Shown piece by piece: positions 9,590 to 19,544 of a DNA stretch of 32,924 bases (position 1 is its first letter; each line of letters begins with the position of its first letter). The position numbers and the translations under genes were made by a program. The DNA lies in the NCBI GenBank assembly GCA_038042445.1, contig JBBTED010000142.1:1-32924 (forward strand). The letters are read 5' to 3'. The notes under the pieces were generated by a model. It saw nothing but the letters and a program-made list of their open reading frames with translations. It was not told the DNA's origin and ran no database searches. The stretch comes from Candidatus Firestoneibacteriota bacterium. Its GTDB lineage: Bacteria; Oederibacteriota; D2-FULL-39-29; JBBTED01.

Positions 9590-9617
9590 ATTATAACAAA
9601 TTTATTATATATTTCAA
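9590..9617 (-). promoter_or_regulatory. Putative extended -10 promoter of def-fmt-htpX
   Basis: Minus strand TTGAAA (9617-9612), 16 nt, TATAAT (9595-9590) preceded by TGT. The region is very AT-rich, so a chance match is possible. Confidence 0.55.
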
Positions 9618-9648
9618 TAATAGTTATTTTCTCCTTTCAAATCTCCCC

Positions 9649-9673
9649 TACCCCTCTTTTTCAAAGAGGGGTA
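9649..9673. repeat. Intergenic hairpin (dispersed-repeat-like)
   Basis: TACCCCTCTTT-TTC-AAAGAGGGGTA, perfect 11-bp arms, preceded by ATCTCCCC; no U-tract on the minus strand. Confidence 0.65.
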
Positions 9674-9696
9674 ATCCACTATAATTAGAGACGCTA

Positions 9697-10794
9697 TTAA
9701 ATTTCATTGTATAATTTCAAAATTCTATCTACCATTTTTTCCTTTGTAAATTCTTTTTCTACCCTTTGTTTTGCATTTTCACCATATTCTTTGCGAAGCT
9801 CTTCTCTTTCTAAAAGAGTATTAATTGCTTGCGCAAGTGCATCGGAGTTTTTAGGTGTAACCACTAACCCTGTTTTTTGATGTAAATTTACAAATGAAAC
9901 ACCTGTAGGTAAATTCGTGCTTACCACAGGCTTTCCACAAGTCATAGCCTCAAGTTGAACTATACCAAATGCTTCACTATTTGCAATAGATGGCAGTACA
10001 AATAAATCACACGCCCAATAATAAGAAATAAGTTCGTCTTCATCCATAGATTCAAGAAATGTGATTTTATTTTCAACTTGTAGATCTTTAGCTATTTGCT
10101 TAAGATTATTTTTAAGAGGTCCATCACCTATAAGTACAAAATGTGCATTGATTTTTGGAATACTTTTAATCAAATATTCAAGTCCTTTATAATAAATTAA
10201 CCTTCCTACAAAAAGAACAATTTTATTTTTAAATTTATTCTGGATACAATGAATTTTCTCCATATTTTGTTTTAATTTAAATTTTTCTACATCTATCCCA
10301 AGCGGGATAACTCTGCATTTTTCTTTATAATTTTTCAAAATAGGAGAACTTTCAATAAGATTTGGAGATGTAGCAATTATACAATCTGCCTTTTTCATAA
10401 AACTATTCAAAACCGGGGCGAACAAACCACCTGTAAATTTTTGGCGAACAATATCACTGTGATAAGTAAGCACAATTTTTCCTTTTGGTTTGGCAATAAG
10501 ATATGAAAACATTCCTATAGGAAATGGATGATGAAAGTGTAAAATATCTGCGTTTATTTTTTTTAGCCAAACTGGAAAAGATGGGCTCAGGGGCATGGAA
10601 AATAATTTACCCAAACTTGCTATTTTAACAATTTCTAGATTATTATATTTTTCAACTTCAGTTTTTGCTTTAATGTTTGAAACCAAAACTGAAACTTCAA
10701 TCTTTTTACTAATTTCTTCGCAAAGCAATTTTAGATGATTTTCAATTCCGCCAATTACAGGGTAATAATATTTATTGATTTGTAAAACTTTCAT
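9697..10794 (-). CDS. Glycosyltransferase family 4
   Basis: YYPVIGGIE, LFVGRLIYYKGL, EAFGIVQLEAM. Start set at 10794 (ATGA overlap with the upstream stop). Confidence 0.9.
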   Translation of the reverse strand: MKVLQINKYYYPVIGGIENHLKLLCEEISKKIEVSVLVSNIKAKTEVEKYNNLEIVKIASLGKLFSMPLSPSFPVWLKKINADILHFHHPFPIGMFSYLIAKPKGKIVLTYHSDIVRQKFTGGLFAPVLNSFMKKADCIIATSPNLIESSPILKNYKEKCRVIPLGIDVEKFKLKQNMEKIHCIQNKFKNKIVLFVGRLIYYKGLEYLIKSIPKINAHFVLIGDGPLKNNLKQIAKDLQVENKITFLESMDEDELISYYWACDLFVLPSIANSEAFGIVQLEAMTCGKPVVSTNLPTGVSFVNLHQKTGLVVTPKNSDALAQAINTLLEREELRKEYGENAKQRVEKEFTKEKMVDRILKLYNEI

Positions 10795-11897
10795 TGAACT
10801 TTCTCGAAAACTTTCATTATTTCTTTTGCAGTGTTCTCCCATGTAAATAATTTTACTCTTTCAAGTCCATTTTGGATAAGTGTTTTCCTTAAATTTGCAT
10901 CTGTTAAAACTTTACAAATTCCATCTGCTATACTTTCAACATTATTTGGATCAATATAATAAGCAGCATTACCACAAATTTCCGGTAAAGAAGACACATT
11001 AGAAACAACTACAGGACAACCACATGCCATTGCTTCTAAAGGTGGAAATCCAAATCCTTCATATAAAGAAGGAAATACAAAACAAGATGCTTTTTTATAT
11101 AAATTAACCATTTCATCATTATCTATATATCCCTTAAATATAATCTTATCATTTAGCAGTCCAAGAGAAGCAATTTCATTAATAAGTTTTTCATATCCCC
11201 CACCCACAATAATTAATTTATAATCTAATTTTTCTTTTATCATATTAAAAGCTTTTATAAGTCCTGTTATATTTTTCGTTGGTGCAATTCTGCCACAATA
11301 CAAAATATAATTTCCTTTGTTATGAATAAAGTCTTTTTTTTCATTAAGATAATCGTCTTGTATTCCATTATGTACCACATAAATTTTTTCGGAAGGTATA
11401 TTATAAAAATCTTCAAGCAAGCTTTTTGTATGGCTAGAAGGAGTTATTATTGCAGAAACATTTTTAAATGCAAATTTAAGAAAATATTTGAAATAAATAT
11501 AATGTTTTTTATGAAATTTTTTAAATAACAATGGTATTATATCGTGAACAGTTATTACCTGTCTGCATGGTATGAATATAGATTCCAACTGGCTTGTATT
11601 GAATATCAAACTATCTCTATATTTTATAGAGAGTAAATTGGAATATAACAATCGCAAAGAGAGTCCTATAAAGCGGAAATCTGAAGACATTAAGTTTGTT
11701 ACATATTTTATTGAAAAATTTTGAGGAAATATTATTTTGTCAAGATATTGTTTAGCATAATCATTTACAATGACTAAAAATTTTGTTTTAGTATTTAATT
11801 TTGCAAACTCCTTCAAAAGATTCAATGAATACACACTAATCCCATGTAATTTTTTACCTATGTTAGTGGCATTTATTATAATTCTCCTGTTTTTCAT
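10791..11897 (-). CDS. Glycosyltransferase family 4 (mannosyltransferase-like)
   Basis: [35 protein letters not shown]. Confidence 0.9.
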   Translation of the reverse strand: MKNRRIIINATNIGKKLHGISVYSLNLLKEFAKLNTKTKFLVIVNDYAKQYLDKIIFPQNFSIKYVTNLMSSDFRFIGLSLRLLYSNLLSIKYRDSLIFNTSQLESIFIPCRQVITVHDIIPLLFKKFHKKHYIYFKYFLKFAFKNVSAIITPSSHTKSLLEDFYNIPSEKIYVVHNGIQDDYLNEKKDFIHNKGNYILYCGRIAPTKNITGLIKAFNMIKEKLDYKLIIVGGGYEKLINEIASLGLLNDKIIFKGYIDNDEMVNLYKKASCFVFPSLYEGFGFPPLEAMACGCPVVVSNVSSLPEICGNAAYYIDPNNVESIADGICKVLTDANLRKTLIQNGLERVKLFTWENTAKEIMKVFEKVQ

Positions 11898-13192
11898 TTT
11901 AGTGCTTTATTGGTTTTGCTTAATTGCTTCCTAACTGCATCCATAATATCATCCACTGTAACATTATTCATACATTTTAAATCTTTACATAAATCCTGTA
12001 TGCAATACGTACAATCAACATCTTTGTCAATAACAATATGCCCCTCACCGGGAGCCCAAATTTCAGGACTATCAGCTGGATGTTTAGAACCAAGAATAAC
12101 AATAATAGGAACATTAAATACCGAAGCAATATGCATAGGCCCTGTGAAATTCCCTATATATAAAGAACATCTTTTTATAAGAGACACTATTTCTGTTATT
12201 CTCGTATTTCCAACAGCTAAAATTGGTTTATTTTTCATCATTAAAACTATTTCATTTATAAAACTTCTTTCAGAATTATCCCCTGTAAAAACAACTTTAA
12301 CATTTTTATAGAGTAAAAGTTTGTCTGCTAATTCTGCAAATCTTTCTTTATTCCATCTCCTATAAATTTTACTGGCACCAGGATGAATATTTATCATAAT
12401 ATCGCTTTCCTTAATATTATGATGTTGTAAAAACAACGCAGCTTTTTTTTCTCCATATTCAGTTACAGATACATTTAATTTTTTATTTTTAGTATCAATC
12501 CCATAAAAACGCAAAATGTCCAAAGTGTATTCCACTTCATGTTTTAGCTTTCCTCTTTCACGTGGATGTAGAGACCACTTAGTAAGTAAAAACCCTGACC
12601 CCTTATCATCATATCCAGTTCTAAATGGCGCTCTGCTTAAATACGCAAGCAAATTTGCCCATATATTAGGATACAAAACAGCGACTAAATCAAAATTCTT
12701 CATTCGAATCTGTTTTGCCATTTTCAAAACTGTCTTCAAACACATTCTATCAATCAATATTATGTCATCCACATTTGGATCACCTATAATAAGCTCACTT
12801 ATATAAGTAGTTACCATCAAAGAAATTTTGGCATTTGGGAAGTTTTCTCTAACTGCATAAATTGCAGGTGTTGAAAGAATAAAATCGCCTATTCTATCTG
12901 TGCGAATAAGAAGAATATTTTTAATATTTCCCTTATCGAAATGTTCTATTATTGGAATCAATTTTAGAAATCTCAATATTGACAATACAGTATTTCCTAT
13001 CACCCTGATAGTAATAAATATGACTATCCATACATTATTTCCAATTCTATTCAATCGCTGACTTGAAATCATCCTTTTTATAAATCGTACAGAAAAAACA
13101 ATTGCAAAAAACGGAATTAAGAGAATTGCATTTATCAGTATTAAAAATATTTCTGCTACATAAAAAGGTTTTCTATTACTATTGTTTTGCAT
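11894..13192 (-). CDS. Glycosyltransferase family 9 (LPS heptosyltransferase-like) with hydrophobic N-terminal extension
   Basis: ILLIRTDRIGDFILSTP, IHPGAS..RRW, GPMHIA, C-terminal CxxC...C...CM motif. Confidence 0.85.
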   Translation of the reverse strand: MQNNSNRKPFYVAEIFLILINAILLIPFFAIVFSVRFIKRMISSQRLNRIGNNVWIVIFITIRVIGNTVLSILRFLKLIPIIEHFDKGNIKNILLIRTDRIGDFILSTPAIYAVRENFPNAKISLMVTTYISELIIGDPNVDDIILIDRMCLKTVLKMAKQIRMKNFDLVAVLYPNIWANLLAYLSRAPFRTGYDDKGSGFLLTKWSLHPRERGKLKHEVEYTLDILRFYGIDTKNKKLNVSVTEYGEKKAALFLQHHNIKESDIMINIHPGASKIYRRWNKERFAELADKLLLYKNVKVVFTGDNSERSFINEIVLMMKNKPILAVGNTRITEIVSLIKRCSLYIGNFTGPMHIASVFNVPIIVILGSKHPADSPEIWAPGEGHIVIDKDVDCTYCIQDLCKDLKCMNNVTVDDIMDAVRKQLSKTNKALK

Positions 13193-14621
13193 ATTTAGAT
13201 GTAAATGGTAATATATTTTTAAATATTGCTAAATCCTCTCTTTTCAAAACTTTAAAAATCAACAAAAATGCTACATATACAGTTATTCCAATTAAAATAG
13301 TAACAGGAAGAAATAAATGTTTAGTGGCATAAATACAACCCCCCATAATTAAAACAGAAATAGCTGATTTTATCCATATATTTTTATCGATATAACCAAA
13401 CGTTTTAAAAAGAATTAAAGGTATTATTATAAAAGGAAGAGCTTCTGTAAATACAGAAGCCCAACTTGAACCTGCAATTCCAAAATGTGGCACAAGCAAA
13501 GCATTTAAAGAAACATTAATCAATGTAGATAAAAATATGATATAAAATACTATTTTCTGTTTACCTATTCCAACCAAAATATTCCCATTTAAATCATTTA
13601 AATACATAAAAAATAATTCCCAGACACGGATTTTCAATGCAATAGAACCTTCCAAATATTTTGCACCAAAAAGAAATCCAATGATTTCACTTCCTAAGAT
13701 TGCTCCACCAACACCCAAAGGAAGTGCAACCAAAAACAGATATTTTATTGCTGTTTTATATATTTTTTTCAAGGATTCAAATGATGTAGCATAAAGCCTG
13801 CCTATAACAGGAAACAGTGCAGTAACTATGGAATTTGGAATAAACATTAAAGCAGTAATCATACTATCTGTAACATTATACAAGCCAACAGCCATTTCAC
13901 CTTTTATTTTTGACAAAAATATATTGTCAATTCTGGAATAAATAATAAGTAAAAATGATGAAAGAAATATTGGAAAAGACTCTTTTATAATACATTTTGC
14001 AAATTTTCTATCCCATATAAATTTTGAGATTGATAAAAAATACCGGGCTATATATAAATGAATAAAAATACCAACCAGAGCAGTTATGATATATGATACT
14101 GCAATTAGCACAACATTTTGCTTTAATATTATTAGTATAACAATATAAACAGAACTTATAATTTTATAGATAACATTAACTGACGAACTATACTCCATTT
14201 TTTCAAGCCCATCATAAATAGCACTAAATCCTGCATTAAGATTTGAAATTACCATTGCAATTCCCATAATATAAGCAATATAAATAGTGTCTTTTGGGTA
14301 GCCAAGTATGTTTATAAAAATGAGAATAAGAATAAAAGAAATTACACCTAATAATGCTCTCAAACCAAGTGTTGTTCCAAGATAAATATTTACTTTTTCA
14401 CGATTTTTTCCAACTTCTCTTGTTGTAACAACTCCTAATCCAAAATCTGCTATTACATTAAAAATTGCAATAAAAGAAAATGCAAAAGTATATTTGCCAT
14501 ATACACCCACATCAAGATATCTTGCCAAATAAATGCCTACAACAAATCCAAGAAAATATGTGATAATACGTGAGGTAAAAACAAAAAAGGTGTTTTTAGA
14601 AATAGTTCGGAATGTATCCAT
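13179..14621 (-). CDS. Wzx-type polysaccharide flippase (MOP superfamily)
   Basis: ISKNTF, LARYL...YGKY, DFGL, YSRIDNIFL, AVGLY; hydrophobic throughout. Confidence 0.9.
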   Translation of the reverse strand: MDTFRTISKNTFFVFTSRIITYFLGFVVGIYLARYLDVGVYGKYTFAFSFIAIFNVIADFGLGVVTTREVGKNREKVNIYLGTTLGLRALLGVISFILILIFINILGYPKDTIYIAYIMGIAMVISNLNAGFSAIYDGLEKMEYSSSVNVIYKIISSVYIVILIILKQNVVLIAVSYIITALVGIFIHLYIARYFLSISKFIWDRKFAKCIIKESFPIFLSSFLLIIYSRIDNIFLSKIKGEMAVGLYNVTDSMITALMFIPNSIVTALFPVIGRLYATSFESLKKIYKTAIKYLFLVALPLGVGGAILGSEIIGFLFGAKYLEGSIALKIRVWELFFMYLNDLNGNILVGIGKQKIVFYIIFLSTLINVSLNALLVPHFGIAGSSWASVFTEALPFIIIPLILFKTFGYIDKNIWIKSAISVLIMGGCIYATKHLFLPVTILIGITVYVAFLLIFKVLKREDLAIFKNILPFTSKYAKQ

Positions 14622-14633
14622 CTATTGAAGGAA

Positions 14634-16121
14634 TTACTTTTTACTTCTGCCAAAATCAGTCAAATGTCCTAAAACTGATTTAGCTGCTTTTGCAAAAAAT
14701 TTTAAATCATAAAAATCTCTGATTGAAAGTATTTTCCGCAATACAAATTCAGGATCAAATGCCACTTTGTAAACCATTTTTACAGCTTCTTTTAACTCGA
14801 CCTCAGTAACAGTTGTTTTCATTATTGCTTCACGCATATCATATCTTTCCCAATCAAGAGTATTTAGCAAACCTTTCTCTTTGCAATCTGCAAATAATGG
14901 CGTTCCGGGATATGGAACAACCATTGTAGACTGTAATGTATATGCATATCCCTTTTTAAGTAAAAATCTGCCTAAATTAACTGTAGCTTTGACATCCTCA
15001 TAAGTTTCCCATGGATAGCCAAACATTATTGTAAGATGCGGATATAATCCTGCTTTACCTGCATTTTTACAGGATTCTACTATAGTTTCTACAGTTACAC
15101 CTTTTTTTATTATATCCAGAGTTTTTTGATTTGCAGACTCTAAACCAAAAAGCATAAGCCGAAATCCAGCTTTTTTCATTAATTTATATTCTTCAATAGA
15201 AAGTGCTCCAAATCTCATATTGCAATCTATTTTTATAAATTTATTATATCCTCGTTCAATCATACCTTTACAAAATACATCTAACCACTGACCAGTTGGA
15301 AACGACCCTGTGTCATCCATTATTTCCTTAACACCAAGTTCAATTAAAGAACCTATTTCATCAAGCAAACTTTCTGGCTTTCTAACTCTAAATTTAGAAT
15401 AAGTAGTTGTCCATGAACAAAAAGTGCATTTATGATACCAGCAATCTCTTCCGACCATTGTATAAGTGCCGGGAGTTTTTTTATAATTTCCATTTTTTTC
15501 ACTATAAAGCAACCATTTTGTCAATTGCCTGTCTACAAACGGCAAACTATTCAAATCGTGATTTAATTCAAATTTACCCGTAGATTTTACTGCTCCATTA
15601 TCACGATACCATATTCCAGTTTCAAGACCAGAAGGTGAGAGTTTAATTTTATTTCCATCCAATGTTAGATTTTTGCAAAGGTTCAATAATAGAAAATCGT
15701 AATCTCCACCTGTAATAACATAATCTACTTTGCTATTTTGAAAAGATTCTTCCGGCAAAGCAGTAACATGATCACCAAACAAAACAATTGCTAAAGGCCA
15801 ATTTCCTTCTGAAATTGATTTGAGTTTTTCTATTATTTTCCAGTGTAATTGGACAACAGGAGTTTTTGTTTCAATAGCAATTAAATTTGGTTTCTCGCTT
15901 TTTACTTTATCTAAAAAATCTTTTTCTGTTTTTTCTTCAGCTATCGAATCTTCCCATAGAACATCATATCCATTTGCTTTAAGTAGAGTAGCTGCAGACG
16001 CAGGAACCATAGGATAAATATAACAAGCATTTGAGAACCACTGAAATTGTCTGTTTTGTCCAAGCATCGGACAACCTTTTCCTGCCAAAGGAGGAAAAGC
16101 AATCATTATTTTAAGATTCAT
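14634..16121 (-). CDS. Cobalamin-binding radical SAM protein
   Basis: N-terminal B12-binding-like region (GDHVTALP, DYVITG), CWYHKCTFC cluster motif, FGLESANQ, MFGYPWET, PYPGTPLF. Confidence 0.85.
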   Translation of the reverse strand: MNLKIMIAFPPLAGKGCPMLGQNRQFQWFSNACYIYPMVPASAATLLKANGYDVLWEDSIAEEKTEKDFLDKVKSEKPNLIAIETKTPVVQLHWKIIEKLKSISEGNWPLAIVLFGDHVTALPEESFQNSKVDYVITGGDYDFLLLNLCKNLTLDGNKIKLSPSGLETGIWYRDNGAVKSTGKFELNHDLNSLPFVDRQLTKWLLYSEKNGNYKKTPGTYTMVGRDCWYHKCTFCSWTTTYSKFRVRKPESLLDEIGSLIELGVKEIMDDTGSFPTGQWLDVFCKGMIERGYNKFIKIDCNMRFGALSIEEYKLMKKAGFRLMLFGLESANQKTLDIIKKGVTVETIVESCKNAGKAGLYPHLTIMFGYPWETYEDVKATVNLGRFLLKKGYAYTLQSTMVVPYPGTPLFADCKEKGLLNTLDWERYDMREAIMKTTVTEVELKEAVKMVYKVAFDPEFVLRKILSIRDFYDLKFFAKAAKSVLGHLTDFGRSKK

Positions 16122-16132
16122 TGTTTTGATAT

Positions 16133-16942
16133 TCAGATAAAAGGAATTTTAACATTAGTTTTATGAAGAACATTTGCTTTTTCGTTTTGCAAATGATTAT
16201 GCCGATCTTTATTATAAAATCTTAATATACGAATTCTATAGAAAACCGCCATTGTATCCATCCATGTACGAAACATATCTTTCAGTGTTATCCTACCAAA
16301 ATCCCTTTGAAAATGCAAAGTAACAGGAGCTTCCATTATTTTGTATCCAAAACGATGAGCCATAACCAACAATTCAAGGTCATAAGCATATCTTTTCACA
16401 AGAAGTCTGGGAAATATATGCTTTATTACTTCCTTTTTGAATAATTTAATACCTGTCTGAGTATCTCGGACTGGTAATCCAAAAAGCATTTTTATCACAA
16501 AGTAATATACCATCGATATTATATCTCTATGCCATGGATAATTCACATCAGAATCAGGATGACGTTTTGAACCAATAACAACATCAACATCTCTTAATTT
16601 CATCATATCAAAAAGAACAGGCACCTGGCCAGGATGCAAATCCAAATCAGCATCAAGAAAAAGAATCAAATCGCCTTTTGCAAAGCGACACCCCATTTTA
16701 AGAGTTCTGCCCTTTCCATAGTTTTTCCTGTGAGTTTTAACAACAATATTATTATATCCTTTTGCTGCTTTTAGTGCTTCCTCATAAGTATCATCACTAC
16801 TTCCATCATTTACGACAATAAGCTCATACTTGCATCCAAATTCATCAAAAGTTCTTTGGATTTCTCTAATATTTTTGTAAATATGTGAACCTTCGTTATA
16901 AGAAGGTATAACAACGGAAATTAAACCTTTATAACTTTTCAT
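16133..16942 (-). CDS. Glycosyltransferase family 2 (polyprenol-phosphate sugar synthase-like)
   Basis: SVVIPSYNE, VNDGSSD, NYGKG, FLDADL, DTQTGIKLF. Confidence 0.9.
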   Translation of the reverse strand: MKSYKGLISVVIPSYNEGSHIYKNIREIQRTFDEFGCKYELIVVNDGSSDDTYEEALKAAKGYNNIVVKTHRKNYGKGRTLKMGCRFAKGDLILFLDADLDLHPGQVPVLFDMMKLRDVDVVIGSKRHPDSDVNYPWHRDIISMVYYFVIKMLFGLPVRDTQTGIKLFKKEVIKHIFPRLLVKRYAYDLELLVMAHRFGYKIMEAPVTLHFQRDFGRITLKDMFRTWMDTMAVFYRIRILRFYNKDRHNHLQNEKANVLHKTNVKIPFI

Positions 16943-16998
16943 AGTGACTTATTTTCCACCATACATATCAAATTGTCAATTGTTAAATTTTTAACTAT

Positions 16999-17024
16999 TG
17001 GTCTGTGTTTCTCCACCAGACCAT
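16999..17024. repeat. Intergenic palindrome, same family as the copy inside fmt
   Basis: TGGTCTG-tgtttctccac-CAGACCA, just downstream of the miaB stop. Confidence 0.75.
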
Positions 17025-17038
17025 ATTTTATACACACA

Positions 17039-18370
17039 TTATATTAAATCCCCATACAATGTCCATGCATTGGCTTTAACAATTTTTACATCAACAATTT
17101 TACCAATCAAATTACCCTCGCCATTTAAAATAACCAATTTATTTGTTTTGGTTCTTCCAATAAGTTTATTCTGCGCCTTTTTGTCATACCCATCTATCAA
17201 AATGTCTATTGTATTGCCTATTAGTTTTTCATTTTTCCTTTTTGAAATATCCGCTTGAACATCACTTAGTATTTTTAACCGTTCAGCTTTGATTTTCTCA
17301 TCTATCTGATTTGTCATATCTGCTGCTTTTGTACCTTTTCTTATGGAATACTTAAAAGTAAATGCAAAATCAACTTCTATATCTTTAATTAATTTCAAGG
17401 TTTCATTAAAATCAATATCTTCTTCCCCAGGAAACCCAACAATTATATCAGTTGTTATACTTGCATCAGGAATGATTTTCCTGATTTTATCCACTAAACA
17501 CCGATATTCAGAATTTGTATAACCTCTATTCATAAGTTTTAAAATTTTATCTGCCCCAGCTTGCACAGGAATATGAAAATGTTCACAAATTTGTGGAAAC
17601 TGCTTAATCACATTAATTACATCTCCAGACATATCACGTGGATGTGAAGTAGCAAAACGTATTCGCAATATTTCTTTTATTTTAGACACCATTTCAAGAA
17701 GTTTTGCAAAATTCATATTTGCATTTAAATCTTTCCCATAGCTATCTACATTTTGCCCAATTAACGTTATTTCCTTAAATCCTTCATCTGCCAATCTTTT
17801 AACTTCTCCTATTATATCCTCTGGCTGCCTACTTATCTCCTTACCTCTCAAATACGGAACTATACAATAACTGCAATAATTAGAACACCCTCTTATTATT
17901 GTAACATTAGCCTTTATGTTATTGCTTCTCTGTATATCAAAATGCAATGAATCAAAATATATTTTTTCTTCAGCTTCAGATTCACCTGTAAACAAAATTT
18001 TATTCCTTTCCTGCAAAATTTTCTCAATGCTTTCTTTTAATTTACCTATCCGTCTTGGACCAATTACCAAATCAACATAAGGAGCAAACTTAAACATTTC
18101 CTCTTTCGCATCTTCTGCAATACATCCTAAAACACCTATTATTAAATTTGGATTAGCTTCTTTTAAAGGTTTCAATTCATAAGACAATTTCCCATGCACA
18201 TGAAGTACCGCAGTTTTTCGAACACTACAAGTATTCAAAAGTATAATATCCGCCAATTTCATATCCTGCACAAACACATACCCAGCCTTCTGTAAAACCC
18301 CCTTCACCAACTCCGAATCATAATCATTCATCTGACACCCGAAAGTAAGCATATAGATTTTTTTTGACAT
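17039..18370 (-). CDS. miaB: tRNA-2-methylthio-N6-dimethylallyladenosine synthase
   Basis: TFGCQMN, NTCSVR, GCSNYCSYCIVP, TSHP, IIVGFPGE, C-terminal TRAM domain. Confidence 0.95.
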   Translation of the reverse strand: MSKKIYMLTFGCQMNDYDSELVKGVLQKAGYVFVQDMKLADIILLNTCSVRKTAVLHVHGKLSYELKPLKEANPNLIIGVLGCIAEDAKEEMFKFAPYVDLVIGPRRIGKLKESIEKILQERNKILFTGESEAEEKIYFDSLHFDIQRSNNIKANVTIIRGCSNYCSYCIVPYLRGKEISRQPEDIIGEVKRLADEGFKEITLIGQNVDSYGKDLNANMNFAKLLEMVSKIKEILRIRFATSHPRDMSGDVINVIKQFPQICEHFHIPVQAGADKILKLMNRGYTNSEYRCLVDKIRKIIPDASITTDIIVGFPGEEDIDFNETLKLIKDIEVDFAFTFKYSIRKGTKAADMTNQIDEKIKAERLKILSDVQADISKRKNEKLIGNTIDILIDGYDKKAQNKLIGRTKTNKLVILNGEGNLIGKIVDVKIVKANAWTLYGDLI

Positions 18371-18378
18371 ATTTTCAG

Positions 18379-18425
18379 TTATTACCCTATTTATTAACCC
18401 ATTTATAAAATTATTACCCTATTTA
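18379..18425. repeat. Short direct repeats at the Fic 3' end
   Basis: ttattaccctattta is exact at 18379-18393 and 18411-18425; degenerate ttattaacccattta at 18391-18405. Confidence 0.7.
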
Positions 18426-19453
18426 ATATTCTGCCACTTGGCAGATCTACCTTTACCTAAAGAACGAATCTTTCCTGCTTTCTGCACCTGCCTGAAAATA
18501 ATCTTTATCATTTCTCTACTGACTGAAGGACATTCTTTTCCAATATCAGCTAATGTAAATTCTCCGATTTGTCTTTCAATAGCATTGACTACTATTTCAC
18601 TTTTCACTCCGCGGGAAGGATTTATCTTTCCAGCACGTTCTTCAAATTCTTTATAGGCAGAAAGTATTGTTCCAAGAAAATAGTTAAACCAAGGGAATAT
18701 ATTATGTTTTGCTTGATGCCAATTCTGAGAACTCTTATTAAGTGTTTCGTAATAGGTCTCTTTAGTCTGCTCAATTATCCTCTCTATGCTTATGTATTTA
18801 CCAAATTGATAACCATGTTGATATAACGCTAAGAGAGTTAAGAGCCGTGATACCCGGCCATTGCCATCACGAAAAGGATGTACGCTTAAAAAATCTAATA
18901 TAAGACAGGCGATAGCATAAAGGTCAGGATATTTTAGTTGTGCTATACTGTTTTCATAAGAAAGACACAATTGATTAATCATTTCCGGTGTTTCTTTTGC
19001 ACTTACCGGCTTAAATATAACTTCAATCCGACCGTTCGGATATTTGCGCACAATGTCATTATCCTTTTCTTTCCATTTTCCGGCATCCCAGGATTCACCT
19101 CTGCACAAATGATGTAGCTCTTTTATTACTTCTGGAGAAATACTGAGGCTTTTATACTTTGAATGAATTATGTCCAACGCCTTCCGGTAGCCCGCAACTT
19201 CCTCTTCAGAACGATCTCGTGGTTTGCTATGCCCGAGTACAAGAGGTTTGAGCCTGTACTTTTCAACAGTAACACCTTCAATACGATTGGATGATTCAGC
19301 ACTTTCAATAAGCGCCATTTCAAGAAGTGTTTTTAAAATTTGCGGCGACTGTTTTGCATACAATTCCTGCTTGCCTTTGTATTCACTAATGCTATTCATA
19401 AGCCACACAGATCCAAATGGCAACAATACTTTATCGTTTTTAAATGATTTCAT
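18419..19453 (-). CDS. Fic family protein (class II-like) with probable C-terminal HTH
   Basis: Canonical HPFRDGNGRVSR motif; N-terminal SNRIEG matches the (S/T)xxxE(G/N) inhibitory motif. Confidence 0.93.
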   Translation of the reverse strand: MKSFKNDKVLLPFGSVWLMNSISEYKGKQELYAKQSPQILKTLLEMALIESAESSNRIEGVTVEKYRLKPLVLGHSKPRDRSEEEVAGYRKALDIIHSKYKSLSISPEVIKELHHLCRGESWDAGKWKEKDNDIVRKYPNGRIEVIFKPVSAKETPEMINQLCLSYENSIAQLKYPDLYAIACLILDFLSVHPFRDGNGRVSRLLTLLALYQHGYQFGKYISIERIIEQTKETYYETLNKSSQNWHQAKHNIFPWFNYFLGTILSAYKEFEERAGKINPSRGVKSEIVVNAIERQIGEFTLADIGKECPSVSREMIKIIFRQVQKAGKIRSLGKGRSAKWQNIK

Positions 19454-19477
19454 TTTTTTCTCCTGTTAAACCATGTA

Positions 19478-19511
19478 AATTCTGACGACACAACACTTAT
19501 CTCCTCTTTTT
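19478..19511. repeat. Left copy of the 34-bp imperfect direct repeat bounding the defence cassette
   Basis: aattctgacgacacaacacttatctcctcttttt; 28/34 identical to 29909-29942 without gaps. Confidence 0.8.
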
Positions 19512-19544
19512 CGGACATGGCTTCTTATCCAAAGATATCTGCTG

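Noticed and set aside
15785..15812. Possible degenerate heptamer remnant in the radical SAM gene (GNWPLAI)
   Set aside because: Only about three poorly matching units; not distinguishable from background.
18419..18421. Genome-wide TAG recoding to explain the Fic-miaB open frame
   Set aside because: TAG ends def (9065) and yhcG (24695) at expected protein lengths, and conserved genes have no internal TAG.
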